In this document: in pieces, positions 1 through 10,238 of the stretch | How positions within the stretch are numbered: the stretch's first letter is position 1 | Layout of the letters: each line of letters opens with the position of its first letter | Source of the DNA: an uncultured Chloroflexia bacterium | Lineage (GTDB): Bacteria > Chloroflexota > Chloroflexia > QHBQ01 > JADMIH01 | Reading direction: 5' to 3' | Length of the DNA stretch: 64,000 bases | NCBI GenBank assembly: GCA_963797095.1 | Contig: CAWCNY010000004.1 | Coordinates: 192,001 to 256,000 of the forward strand | The notes under the pieces: model-generated | Seen by the model: only the letters and a program-made list of their open reading frames with translations | Databases searched by the model: none | What the model was told of the DNA's origin: nothing | Made by a program: the position numbers and the translations under genes

Positions 1-1
1 G

Positions 2-1082
2 AATGAGGAGTTTCCAGAGGACGTATACGCCCTCGGCGCGGTGACGCCCATCCCCGCCAATGGCTCGGTGGCGCGCATCTCCTTGTCGCCCGACCTGGGA
101 CGGAGTATCCGAGCCATCTTGCGGGCTGAACGTTTCGATGTTATTCATCTGCACGAGCCACTGATGCCCGCCGTGCCGTGGCTGGTGCTTCGATATTCCG
201 CGTCGCCGAATATCGGCACGTTCCATGCCTTCGGCGAGTCGTCGCCGATCTACGCTATGGGCAGGCCCATCCTTCGCCGCTTCTTCAACAGGCTCCAGGG
301 CCGAATCGCCGTGTCGCAGGCTGCCCTGGAGTACATTTCGCAATATTTCGATGGGGATTACGAGATAATTCCCAACGGGGTTGACATCACACGATTCGCA
401 ACGCCTCGCGAGCCGATTGCGTGGATGCGCGACGGCAGGCCCACTATTTTGTTTGTTGGCCGCTTCGAAGAGTCGCGCAAGGGACTCCGATGGTTACTCA
501 AGGCTTTGCCCGTAGTCGAAACGTATTTCCCGGATTTGAGGTTGGTCGTGGCCGGGGGCGGCGACCCTGAGAGCATGGCCGAATGGCTGCCCCTGCGCGA
601 TTATACACGTCCGGGAAGGACCATCTATCGTTCCTCAGGATCGGCGTTGGAGGTGGAGTTCACAGGCTTCGTGCCTGCTGAGGACCTACCTCGATACTAC
701 CAGTCGTGCGATGTCTATTGCGCGCCTTCGACACGGGGCGAGAGCTTCGGGATCGTGTTGTTGGAGGCGATGGCTGCGGGCACACCTGTGCTTGCAAGCC
801 GCATCCCAGGCTACGCTTCAGTGCTAACGCATGGGCGCGAGGGGTTCCTCGCGAATCCCGAAGAATCCTGCCTCGCTTGCCGCAGGTCTAATCCGCCTGC
901 TGAGCGACGCCGGCTTGCGAGAGCAAATGGGGCAAGCAGGTAAGCGCACGGCCCGGCAGTATGATTGGCCGATTGTCGCAGCGCGGGTGCTGGCCTACTA
1001 TGAGCGGGTGATGCACCTCAACCCGCCCGTCACATCATCGCGATTGTGGTCGGCCCGCCCAAGAGTTACCAACGGCCTCTGA
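2..1082 (+). CDS. pimA: GT4 glycosyltransferase, PimA-like (phosphatidylinositol mannosyltransferase); 5'-truncated by the window and frameshifted at ~857-859
   Basis: PANGSVAR, HLHEP and GESFGIVLLEAMAAG motifs. The frame is open back to the window start. The natural C-terminus (PASLAAGLIRLL...ARQYDWPIVAARVLAYY) is in ORF 831..1082. Adjacent to a CDP-alcohol phosphatidyltransferase. Confidence 0.75.
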
Positions 1083-1152
1083 TTGTGATATAATTGTGGG
1101 CTGTGAAAGGTACAGCCCAACTTTCAACCCTATATAGAGGGATGCTTTTGCC

Positions 1153-1800
1153 ATGCTGACCAGACCCGTACAGGACAGAGCGCGCGCCACCGCGCGCTGG
1201 GTGGTTCGCCTCTTTGTAAAGACAGGCATTACGCCAAATATGCTGACGATCTTCGGGTTTGTGCTGAACGCGGGGGTGGCGTACCTGCTTGCGATAGGCC
1301 AGCCAATCTGGGGTGGGGCTTTGATGCTCTTCGCCGGGCTGTTCGACATGCTGGACGGCGCGCTGGCGAAGGTGACTAACCGGGTCACCAGGTTTGGGGG
1401 CTTTTTGGACTCGGTGGTGGACCGCTACTCGGAGGCCGTGGTACTGTTCGGTTTGCTTCTCTATTATTACAACCAGCCGGACAGGGCCGGGCTATTGGAG
1501 ATCATTCTGATCTATGTAACCCTGGTGGGGTCTATGATGATCAGCTACGCTCGCGCACGCGCGGGCGCACTCAATATTACTAACGAGGTGGGGATACTGG
1601 CGCGCCCGGAACGGATCATCTTGCTGGCTGTTGGACTGTTGTTCGGACCGTTCTTGCTCGATGTAATTCTATGGGTGCTGGCGATTGGAACTCAGTTCAC
1701 CGCGCTCCAACGCATCTGGTATGTATGGCAAGTAACTGCCAGCGAGCGGAATGGGCAGGCTGCTGGCGACGAAGACACCGGCGGCAAGCAGAATCCTTAG
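1153..1800 (+). CDS. pgsA: CDP-alcohol phosphatidyltransferase (phosphatidylinositol-phosphate synthase-like)
   Basis: TPNMLT and DMLDGALAK...G.FLDSVVDR signature; SYARARA and RPER motifs. Confidence 0.9.
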   Translation: MLTRPVQDRARATARWVVRLFVKTGITPNMLTIFGFVLNAGVAYLLAIGQPIWGGALMLFAGLFDMLDGALAKVTNRVTRFGGFLDSVVDRYSEAVVLFGLLLYYYNQPDRAGLLEIILIYVTLVGSMMISYARARAGALNITNEVGILARPERIILLAVGLLFGPFLLDVILWVLAIGTQFTALQRIWYVWQVTASERNGQAAGDEDTGGKQNP

Positions 1801-2531
1801 GAGCGTGCCGCAAAGAGGCGGCGAAGACGCGCCCAAAAGCCGCGATTTGGCGTTTCAGGCTCAGGGGATATGTTGTTCTCACCTTCAATTTCCTGGGCCA
1901 TTTGAGCAGCGGTTGGTGCGTTTTGCTCGGAATGGTGGGACTCTGTTGAGGCAATCAGGCGTGGAGGAAGGGGCGGGCCACCGGAGCTATCCCAGTCAAG
2001 CTTGAATTCGGCCAGCAGCGAGCGCAACCTCTTGATTTCGATTTGCAGTTCTTCTTTGTCACGGCGCATCCGAGCCGCCCATTCCTGCCATAGCTCTTCC
2101 TGGGCACGCAAACCGGAGTTATTGAACTCCAGGACCTGGTTGAGCTTGTAGAGCTTGAACGACTTGAACTTGAGGACCGAATACATTGAGTGGTAACTGG
2201 CTAGCTCATTCACCATAGTATCGACGCGATTGGTGAGAGAGGGGTCATCTCTGCCGGCGAGGGCACGAATGGCGTCAAGGTGCCATTCGCCCATCTGAAA
2301 TCCAAGCCCGGCGAGAAATACAGTAGTTAGCCCCTCCTCGGTATCCCATTCGTTTGTACGCATCAAAGCTTGTAGCTCACGATAATTTTCTTCAAGGATC
2401 TCAATTTCCAGTCTAACCGTGCGAGCCTCTTCAAACATCGGGATCGGCTCAAGACTGGATCGCCATCCGGTGGCAGGGCGTTGGGAATTGCTGTTTTCGA
2501 CCGGTTTAGGCAGGTCGGTATTTTCGGGCAT
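1797..2531 (-). CDS. hypothetical protein with coiled-coil segment
   Basis: 244-aa ORF with GGAG upstream; protein-like composition; convergent with pgsA. Confidence 0.65.
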   Translation of the reverse strand: MPENTDLPKPVENSNSQRPATGWRSSLEPIPMFEEARTVRLEIEILEENYRELQALMRTNEWDTEEGLTTVFLAGLGFQMGEWHLDAIRALAGRDDPSLTNRVDTMVNELASYHSMYSVLKFKSFKLYKLNQVLEFNNSGLRAQEELWQEWAARMRRDKEELQIEIKRLRSLLAEFKLDWDSSGGPPLPPRLIASTESHHSEQNAPTAAQMAQEIEGENNISPEPETPNRGFWARLRRLFAARS

Positions 2532-2680
2532 GGTGTGGCGCTCCTATTCTTGCGATCAGCGCGAAGGCCTACAAGTTATATACTGGGGATCCCCATCATA
2601 CAGTTCCACTTATTTCAATGAATCCGGTAAACATTGCCTAACTTACAGTCTTGGGGAGGACGTGGCCGGGGTCTGCGAGC

Positions 2681-3997
2681 CTAACAAGGTTCGTGGGCGG
2701 CGAGATCGGCCTGCGTATGAGCTTGCACTAATTCAGGATTGAGGCTCCTTCTGCGAGAGCCAGGCTCTTCTTCGACTTTCAACTGGCCGCAGGCGGCAGC
2801 TATGTCCACGCCGCGCTCGATCCTGACCGTCGTGTGGATACCTCCTTCTTCGAGAATCTTCTGGAAGGCGAATACCTGTTCTCGAGGAGTGGCCCTCATG
2901 CCCGTGCCGGGCACAGGGTTCAGCGGGATCAAGTTCACGTGACAAAGTAGGCCACGAAGCCGGTCGCGCAACTCGCCAGCAAGCGAGAGGCTGTCGTTCA
3001 CCCCGTTGATAAGCACATATTCAAAGGTGGTGCGCCTGTGGGTCACATTCACGTAGTCGCGGCAAGCATCCAGTAGGTCAGCGACCGAATAACGGAGGTT
3101 GATCGGCATGAACGAGCTGCGTAGCTCGTCGTTGGGTGCGTGGAGCGACACCGCCAGGTTGACGGCTAGCTCTTCCTGAGCGAAGCGGCGAATGCCCGGC
3201 ACTATCCCTACTGTGGAAACCGTCATGCGACGCGCACCAAGGCCAAGCCCCGCAGGCGAGTTGAGTGTTCTGATCGCGCCCCAAAGATTGTTGTAATTCA
3301 CAAGCGGCTCGCCCATACCCATGAATACGACGTTTGTAACGGCGGTTATCGGGGCGGTGCGATGAGCGCTGAGGTCATCTTGAGTGAACCATGTATCGCG
3401 ATCAGCAGCTATGTGTTCAGGGAGGTTGTTAGCAGGCGCAGATGGCTTCTGCCCAAGGTAGCGGCTAGCCTGCCGGGGAGCGGGAATATGCGGGTGATCT
3501 CGCAGCCATCGGTTGAACCAGATCACTTGCTCGACAATCTCGCCGGACGAGAGGTTGCGAGTGAAACCCATCTGGCCGGTCGCACAGAAGGTGCACCCCA
3601 TTGCACATCCGACCTGTGACGAGATGCACACAGTGGCCCGGTCGTAGTAGAGCATAAGCACGGCTTCGATCGTGTTACCGTCACGCAGACGGAGGAGCAC
3701 TTTGCGGGTCCACCCGTCGGTCGAGATCTTCTGGGCCACTAACTCAGCCGACCCGATCTTGAGCCTCTCAGCCAGCTTTTCGCGAAGCGCCAGGGGCAGG
3801 TTGGTCATTTGGGAGAAGTCGGTGGCAAGCTCTTTGTAGAGCCAGTGTGAAATCTGGCTGGCGCGATAAGGCGGCTCGCCCATCTCTTGAACTATGGCAC
3901 GCAGACGCTCGGCGCTGAGATCATAAACCTTCAGGCGATTGTCAGGCGTGGTGAGATCGAGGTTTGCGTGCTGAGTGGGAACCGGAGATAGGGACAT
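2681..3997 (-). CDS. rlmN: 23S rRNA/tRNA m2A methyltransferase RlmN (radical SAM)
   Basis: CISSQVGCAMGCTFCATG, NVVFMGMGEP, SLHAP and AACGQL motifs. Confidence 0.95.
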   Translation of the reverse strand: MSLSPVPTQHANLDLTTPDNRLKVYDLSAERLRAIVQEMGEPPYRASQISHWLYKELATDFSQMTNLPLALREKLAERLKIGSAELVAQKISTDGWTRKVLLRLRDGNTIEAVLMLYYDRATVCISSQVGCAMGCTFCATGQMGFTRNLSSGEIVEQVIWFNRWLRDHPHIPAPRQASRYLGQKPSAPANNLPEHIAADRDTWFTQDDLSAHRTAPITAVTNVVFMGMGEPLVNYNNLWGAIRTLNSPAGLGLGARRMTVSTVGIVPGIRRFAQEELAVNLAVSLHAPNDELRSSFMPINLRYSVADLLDACRDYVNVTHRRTTFEYVLINGVNDSLSLAGELRDRLRGLLCHVNLIPLNPVPGTGMRATPREQVFAFQKILEEGGIHTTVRIERGVDIAAACGQLKVEEEPGSRRRSLNPELVQAHTQADLAAHEPC

Positions 3998-4201
3998 AGT
4001 TGATTATACTCCCAACGCACTCGATCTTGACAAGGTTCGCGTCCAAGAATAACTGTACCAAAGTACACCCCAAAACCTGTCCCACTTTGTCCCACCAATG
4101 TCATTTAGTTAGCGAGGGCAAGAGTAATCACATTCCTGGTGACCACTCAACATGACGATCGCCGGCTGTACTAAAGTACGCAACTCGCGCCCGCAACCTG
4201 A

Positions 4202-7200
4202 TCAGGCCGTGGCGCGCTCTTCGACTCTAAGCGATAGGAGCTGGGACGTGCCGTCGCCTGCCATCGAGACGCCGTAAAGAGTATCTGCGGCCTCGATCGT
4301 GCCCCGATTGTGAGTGATGATCACGAACTGAGTATTGGAGCCAAGCTCCTGCAGAGCGGCTCTGAAGCGCGATACGTTGCTCTCGTCAAGGGCCGCATCA
4401 ACCTCGTCCAGAACGCAGAAGGGGACGGGACGCACCTTGAGCAGGGCAAACAGGAGGGCAGCCGACGTGAGGGCGCGCTCGCCCCCCGACAGAGCGGCCA
4501 ATGGCTGCAAACGCTTTCCAGGGGGCTGCGCCATGATGTCGACACCTGAGGAGGTGATGTCATCTGGATTAGTCAGGTCGAGGCGGGCGGTGCCCCCACC
4601 AAAGAGAGTGTTGAAGAATGTGCTAAAGGCGTCGTTCACCTGAGCGAAGGTGGCGGCAAACTGGTCGCGCATCGTGCGGTCCAACTCGCCAATGACGTGA
4701 CGCAGGCTGTCGGCAGCAGCCATCAGGTCGATCAACTGGGTCTGCAAGAAACTGTGGCGCTCAGCTAGGGCTGCGTGCTCCTCCATTGCCAGGGGGTTTA
4801 CTGGACCGAGACGAGAGAGGCGCGACCGAACAGCGTAGACCCTTCGCTCGCGCTCATTAGCTTCTTCTGGAGCCGGGATACTGGCTTCGCTTTCGAGTTC
4901 AACTGGGGACTTTATGTCCAACTCCGTATCATGAGGTTGTAGCGATTGAGCAGATTGATTGCCGTCACCGATTCGTATAGGGGATTCGGTTGCAACATTT
5001 GACGATGTGGGATTAGTGTCAAGCTCAGGTTCACTTGGAGCGCCTAATTCTTCGGCTATCTCGATCCTCAAGCTGGAAAGGACACCGAGGCATCGTTGAG
5101 TTTCTACCGCCGTGCGGCTGTGCACTGTTTCACTTTCCAGGAGGGCTGTTTGCAAGCTTGAAAGCTCGTTCTCTAAAGCGTTGGCCTGCGCCTCGGCATT
5201 GCGCACTTCCTGTTCCGAGGGGCCTATGCGTAGCTCAATATCGCTGACAAGTGATGCGAGCTTTGTTGCCTCTGCTTCATGCGCGATAAGCGCGTCGCGC
5301 AGACGCTTCTCATCAACCTCGCCGGCTTCCGCCAGTGAACGCAACTCTGAGCGCTGCTTTTCGACCCTGACAAGCTCTCGATCGGTTTCTTCCTGCCGTG
5401 CTCGCAGGTTACGAAGGGTTTCGGCGAGGACGGCCAGTCGAGTGCGGCGCTCGGCTGTGGCCTGCGATGCCCGGCCGCGTTGTGACCGCAGTTCGGACAG
5501 TTGAGCCGAAGATTCGGCTAATAGCTCGCGCTGAGGCCCGATCTCTCCGCCCAGGGAGGCCAATGAATCCTTCATATCGGATGCAGAGTGCCGTAGCCGT
5601 TCGATCTCGCGTCGCGTTTCGGCAAGTAGCCCCGTGCGCCAGGAAAGCTCCTGCTGGAGCCTGCTAACGACACTGCCCTGTTCCATATACAGCAACTGAG
5701 CCGCAGATTGGCGTTTGCGGGCGTCTTCCAGGGCAGACGATGAGGATGCCAGACGAGTTTCGTGAGAACGTAGCGAGGTCAGGGCGTGCTCCTGAGCCTG
5801 CTCGGCCCTAGTGAGGGCGATGCGCGCCTCTTCGTAGGCATGTTGAAGCTCGCGTCTGCGCCTCTCCCTGGCGAGGATGGTCTTGCCTCTGGCGCTACGG
5901 TCATCACCCCGCGTGTTGGAGCCTCCGGTTACTGAGCCGCCGGGGCGCACCACGTCACCGCCGAGAGTCGCGAGAGTCCAGGGGGCACTAACAGGCATTC
6001 CCGCAAGTGCGCGGCGGGCTGAAGGGAGGTCTTCGACTATAAGGATGCGGCCGAGTAAAGATTCAGCCAGCGTCGCGAGGCGTGGTTCGTACCGGACGAG
6101 CTCACGTGCCAGACCGATAATTCCGGCGCCTGTTGGAGGTGTAGATGTGCGTGAAGAACGCAACGTGTCAAGGGGTAGGAATGTGGCGCGACCCGCACCC
6201 GACGATTTGAGAAAGGCAATGGCTGCCTCCGCGTCGGACCAGCTTTCTACTACAACATCTTGCAAGCGGCCACCGAGCGCGGCTTCAATCGCGGGTTCGT
6301 ATTCGGAGGGTACGTGCAGCAGCTCGGCTACTGTGCCGACAAACCCATTCAGGCGGCCCTGGCCTGCGGCTGTGACTACGGCCCGGACTCCGCCGAAGAG
6401 TCCGGCGCTTTGCTCTCCCAGCAGGGCGACGATTTGCCCGGAGAGGAGTTCGATGTGCCGAAGGGCATCTCGCCGCGCGGTCTCGACGCGGCTGAGTTCG
6501 TGTCGAGCGGACGACACGGTCTCGGTTAAGGAAGCGTGGTCACGTTCAGCCTGCGCAACGGCGAGTTGTTCCGCTCCCAGCGCCGTATGTTTGGCATCGA
6601 GCATGGCCTCGGCTTCGGCCAATCTTGTGTGCAAAGTTGCAATGGCGTTTTCAGCCTCTGTAGCTCCCCGGTCCTGTTCGGATGCAGTGCGTTCGGCATT
6701 AGCGATGCTGTTTTGCAGACTTGTTTCACGCAGTAGGAGGTTTTCGAGGTGTGCTGCTTTGTGGTCATGGCCCGATTCGGCTCGTGCTATCTGTGAGTCC
6801 AGATCGGCCAGTTCAGCGTCAACATCGCGGCCCTCAGCTTGAATTTCATGCACCTCCTGAGCATGGCGATCTATCTCCTGGAGAAGGTCAGCTTGTCGCT
6901 GGGAGAGTGCTTGTGAGGCGTCCAACAGGCCCTCGCCGTCCTTCACGAGCGCAGTGCGGGTCTGGCCCGCTGAAACTAGGCGCTCGGTTGTAACCGCCTG
7001 GGCCTGCACCTGGGCCGCATGGCGCGACTGGGCCTGCGCACGTTCTTCATGCAATTGCGAAACGCGACCCACAAGCTCCCACACGCGGGCGCGAATTTCG
7101 GCAAGACGGGTACTTAAGGCGGAAACTGCTTGCTTGCGCTGAGAGACCTCCACAAGCGCAGCCTCCTCGGCGACGCGGGCTGCTTGAAGCGCGCTCGCTG

Positions 7201-7900
7201 CCTGTGCCCAGCGGCCGCCGTACCACAGTCGCAAAAGCGCCTTCAGTTCGTCTGAGAGTTTGAGATAGTCCTGGGCTTGGCGGGCCTGGCGCTCAAGGCG
7301 GCGTACCTGAGGCTCCAGTTCGGCAACCAGGTCGTTGACCCGCGCTATATTCTCCTCTGTCTTCTGAAGCCGCTTGAGGGCGTCCTCGCGCTGGACAAAG
7401 TAGCCGCGAATGGCGGCAGCCTCCTCGAACAACTCGCGCCTCTCTTCGGGGCGCAGTGAGAGGGCGGCGTCAACGAGACCCTGACCAACAACAGTGTACG
7501 CCTGTCCTAATGTGGAGGCGACATCGAGAATGTCACGCAGGCGCACCCGGCTCTTGTTGACAAAATACTCGTTCTCGCCTGAGCGGTAGGCACGACGCGT
7601 GAGAGTTACTTCGGCGAAATCGAGTGGGAGGAGATGGTCGGTGTTTTCAATGGTGATGGAGACCTCAGCCATACCAACTGGGGCGCGATTGGACGATCCC
7701 GCAAAGATAAGGTCTTCGGTGCGCTTGGCGCGCAGATTCGAGAGTGATTGTTCACCCAACACCCAACGCACGGCATCGGCAACATTACTCTTGCCGGAGC
7801 CGTTGGGTCCGACAATGGCGGTCAGACCTTCACCAAATTGGAGGTCTGTCCTGGGCGCGAAGGTCTTGAAACCGTGCAGACTGAGATGTTTGAGACGCAT
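4202..7900 (-). CDS. smc: chromosome segregation protein SMC
   Basis: GPNGSGKSN Walker A, long coiled coils, hinge GRATFLPL, LSGGE signature, LDEVDAALD Walker B. Confidence 0.97.
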   Translation of the reverse strand: MRLKHLSLHGFKTFAPRTDLQFGEGLTAIVGPNGSGKSNVADAVRWVLGEQSLSNLRAKRTEDLIFAGSSNRAPVGMAEVSITIENTDHLLPLDFAEVTLTRRAYRSGENEYFVNKSRVRLRDILDVASTLGQAYTVVGQGLVDAALSLRPEERRELFEEAAAIRGYFVQREDALKRLQKTEENIARVNDLVAELEPQVRRLERQARQAQDYLKLSDELKALLRLWYGGRWAQAASALQAARVAEEAALVEVSQRKQAVSALSTRLAEIRARVWELVGRVSQLHEERAQAQSRHAAQVQAQAVTTERLVSAGQTRTALVKDGEGLLDASQALSQRQADLLQEIDRHAQEVHEIQAEGRDVDAELADLDSQIARAESGHDHKAAHLENLLLRETSLQNSIANAERTASEQDRGATEAENAIATLHTRLAEAEAMLDAKHTALGAEQLAVAQAERDHASLTETVSSARHELSRVETARRDALRHIELLSGQIVALLGEQSAGLFGGVRAVVTAAGQGRLNGFVGTVAELLHVPSEYEPAIEAALGGRLQDVVVESWSDAEAAIAFLKSSGAGRATFLPLDTLRSSRTSTPPTGAGIIGLARELVRYEPRLATLAESLLGRILIVEDLPSARRALAGMPVSAPWTLATLGGDVVRPGGSVTGGSNTRGDDRSARGKTILARERRRRELQHAYEEARIALTRAEQAQEHALTSLRSHETRLASSSSALEDARKRQSAAQLLYMEQGSVVSRLQQELSWRTGLLAETRREIERLRHSASDMKDSLASLGGEIGPQRELLAESSAQLSELRSQRGRASQATAERRTRLAVLAETLRNLRARQEETDRELVRVEKQRSELRSLAEAGEVDEKRLRDALIAHEAEATKLASLVSDIELRIGPSEQEVRNAEAQANALENELSSLQTALLESETVHSRTAVETQRCLGVLSSLRIEIAEELGAPSEPELDTNPTSSNVATESPIRIGDGNQSAQSLQPHDTELDIKSPVELESEASIPAPEEANERERRVYAVRSRLSRLGPVNPLAMEEHAALAERHSFLQTQLIDLMAAADSLRHVIGELDRTMRDQFAATFAQVNDAFSTFFNTLFGGGTARLDLTNPDDITSSGVDIMAQPPGKRLQPLAALSGGERALTSAALLFALLKVRPVPFCVLDEVDAALDESNVSRFRAALQELGSNTQFVIITHNRGTIEAADTLYGVSMAGDGTSQLLSLRVEERATA

Positions 7901-8048
7901 GATTGCGAAGCGCAGTTACGATAGATGGTTTGGTATGGAATTTGGGGTGCTTGCCAAAAGCAGTTTCGTAGGCAGCGACACTAATTGTACCATAGAGTTA
8001 CCCGGCTATGGTAATATCGCAAAGTGCTGTGATTGAGTTGCGAAGGAG

Positions 8049-9266
8049 ATGACCCTTATGCCAATAGTGCGAACGACCCGTGAGCTTCCAGCCAGCGCCG
8101 ACCTCGTCATAATTGGAGGAGGTATAGTGGGCGCGGCTACAGCATTTTTCGCCTCCAAAGCAGGATTGCGGCCCGTCGTACTTGAGCGAAGACCTGCTCT
8201 TGGGACGCTCACGACACCTGCCTCAACCGGGGCATTTCGCCTGCAATTTGACAACCAGGAAGAGTTGGCGCTGGTCAAGGAGACCGTTGGGATATTCGAG
8301 AATTTCGAGGAGATGACGAGCCTTACAGGATATGATCTGGATATTCACAGGCAAGGCTACCTTTTCTGCACTAGAATCCCGGCAACCATTGAGCGTCAAA
8401 AGGCATTGCTTGGGAGGCAGCAAGAATGGGGTCTGACGGATGTCGAATGGCTGTCAGGTGGCGAAGCTCGCGCGCGCTTCCCATATCTTTCGGAAGAGGT
8501 GGTGGGGGCGCGGTGGCGTGCCGGCGATGGATGGCTTGACGTGCGGAAGCTCGCTACCGGCTACGCTCTGGCTGCCCAATCGGCGGCGGACGCGGAGTTC
8601 GTGGTTGGCACGGAGGTAACGGGGTTCGACATCAAGGGCGGGCGAATCCGAGGAGTACACACGGCTAGCGGCTCGATCAGCACACCTGTTGCAGTGATTG
8701 CCGTAGGGCCTTTTTCCGGTGTAGTAGGCGCGATGGCGGGCATAGAGATTTGGTTGAGCCTCGTGCGAAGGCAGAAATTGGTAATGCCGGAGGTCCCGCA
8801 GGTTCCGCAGGGTGCCCCCATGACAATAGATGAGGAGACGGGATCGCACTGGCGGCCAGCGTTGCGCGGCGCGTTTTGTTTGAGGACGACTCCCGGTGTG
8901 CCTCCGGGGCCGCCGCTTGACGACGTGCCCATAAGTGCCGATTTCGCGTTCGGACTGCTCGACCCGTCAAGCCCTTATGCGCTGGCACATATCAGCCCGT
9001 TCTGGCGGGAGGTCTGGCATGGAGGCACCACGCACTGGTTCCAGCAAGCAGGACAATATGCCTATTCCGTGGACCATCGTCCTTACCTGGGTGGCACTGC
9101 GGTGCAAGGATTGTTCGTGAATTGCGGGTACAGCGGTCATGGAATCATGACCAGCGGAGGCGGAAGCCGGATCGTCATTGACTGTATTACAGGAAAGCTT
9201 AGCGCGCAGAACAACCCATTTCGGATTGACCGCCCGGTTGTCGAGCGCGAGCATGACGTGCTGTGA
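8049..9266 (+). CDS. FAD-dependent oxidoreductase (DAO/sarcosine oxidase beta-like)
   Basis: IIGGGIVG FAD-binding motif; DHRPYLG and GYSGHGIM. Confidence 0.88.
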   Translation: MTLMPIVRTTRELPASADLVIIGGGIVGAATAFFASKAGLRPVVLERRPALGTLTTPASTGAFRLQFDNQEELALVKETVGIFENFEEMTSLTGYDLDIHRQGYLFCTRIPATIERQKALLGRQQEWGLTDVEWLSGGEARARFPYLSEEVVGARWRAGDGWLDVRKLATGYALAAQSAADAEFVVGTEVTGFDIKGGRIRGVHTASGSISTPVAVIAVGPFSGVVGAMAGIEIWLSLVRRQKLVMPEVPQVPQGAPMTIDEETGSHWRPALRGAFCLRTTPGVPPGPPLDDVPISADFAFGLLDPSSPYALAHISPFWREVWHGGTTHWFQQAGQYAYSVDHRPYLGGTAVQGLFVNCGYSGHGIMTSGGGSRIVIDCITGKLSAQNNPFRIDRPVVEREHDVL

Positions 9267-9269
9267 CGA

Positions 9270-10034
9270 TCAGGCGCGGAGGCCGGCGAAGAATTGATCT
9301 GCTCCATGTTTCAGGAGCGCGTTCGGCGAGGTCAAAATGAGGCCAACACCACGGTCTACAAGGGCACGAGCGTCCTGGCCGCTGAAGGCGACTGTGCCGG
9401 TGATCAGACCTATGTCGCGGACGCGACCGAAGACTTCAGCCATTACCGTCTGAACCTCCGGGTGGCCGGGGCCATCATAGAAGCCCATAGACATTGAGAG
9501 GTCGCGCGGCCCAACGAAATAGCCGTCGACGCCGGAAACTCTGAGCAGGGCGGTGAGATTCTCCACTGCTTCAATCAATTCGATTTGAGGCAATATCAGG
9601 ATCTGGTCGTTGGCGAATTGAACATATTCGTCGGGGCGCATTGTTCCAAGCATGTAGTCGTTGGCGCGCACAGGGGCAATCCCCCGCTTGCCCTGAGGTG
9701 GATAGCGCACAGCCTCGACAAGGCGTTCGACATCGAGCGCATCGCGAACGCCTGGCAGCATAATGCCCATGATGCCCGCATCGAGGAATTGTAATACCAG
9801 CTTGGGATCGGCACTACGCACCCTTACCAGTGGTGTGATTCCGGCTGCCTCGCAGGTGCGAACGAATCCCTCGGCCTGGGAAGGGCCTAGCGGTCCGTGC
9901 TCACAATCAAGCATGTAGCACTCGAAACCGATCAGGGCCATCAATTCAATAATCATGGGATCGGCCACGGGAGTCAGGAGGCCAAACACAGATTGTCCCT
10001 GTGTCAGCTTTGCTTTTACCCTGTTTGTTTGCAC
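9270..10034 (-). CDS. HpcH/HpaI aldolase family protein
   Basis: LDCEHGP, VRYPPQGKRG, PQIE and VGPRDLS motifs; GTG start at 10034 preceded by GGAGG. Confidence 0.9.
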   Translation of the reverse strand: MQTNRVKAKLTQGQSVFGLLTPVADPMIIELMALIGFECYMLDCEHGPLGPSQAEGFVRTCEAAGITPLVRVRSADPKLVLQFLDAGIMGIMLPGVRDALDVERLVEAVRYPPQGKRGIAPVRANDYMLGTMRPDEYVQFANDQILILPQIELIEAVENLTALLRVSGVDGYFVGPRDLSMSMGFYDGPGHPEVQTVMAEVFGRVRDIGLITGTVAFSGQDARALVDRGVGLILTSPNALLKHGADQFFAGLRA

Positions 10035-10238
10035 GGTAGTCCCTCCTCTTATCAAGTAGCGACATGATAACACGCGTGAGCAAGCGTGCGCCAGCCTGCC
10101 ATTCGCAGCTCTGGTTTTGGCTTGAAAGTGGGGTGGTCGTGTGCTACACTGGAGGCGGTGCCCTGATAATGAAGTCGGGTTTCAGAAATAGTATATAGGC
10201 TCTCTCGACGAAGAGAGACGAAAGGAGATAGGCTCTCA

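Noticed and set aside
5877-6842. 321-aa + strand ORF, and similar long antisense ORFs at 17660-18658, 30832-31668, 34064-34660 and 41005-41883
   Set aside because: They lie fully antisense to well-supported genes, with S/R/A/P-rich shadow composition and no motifs.
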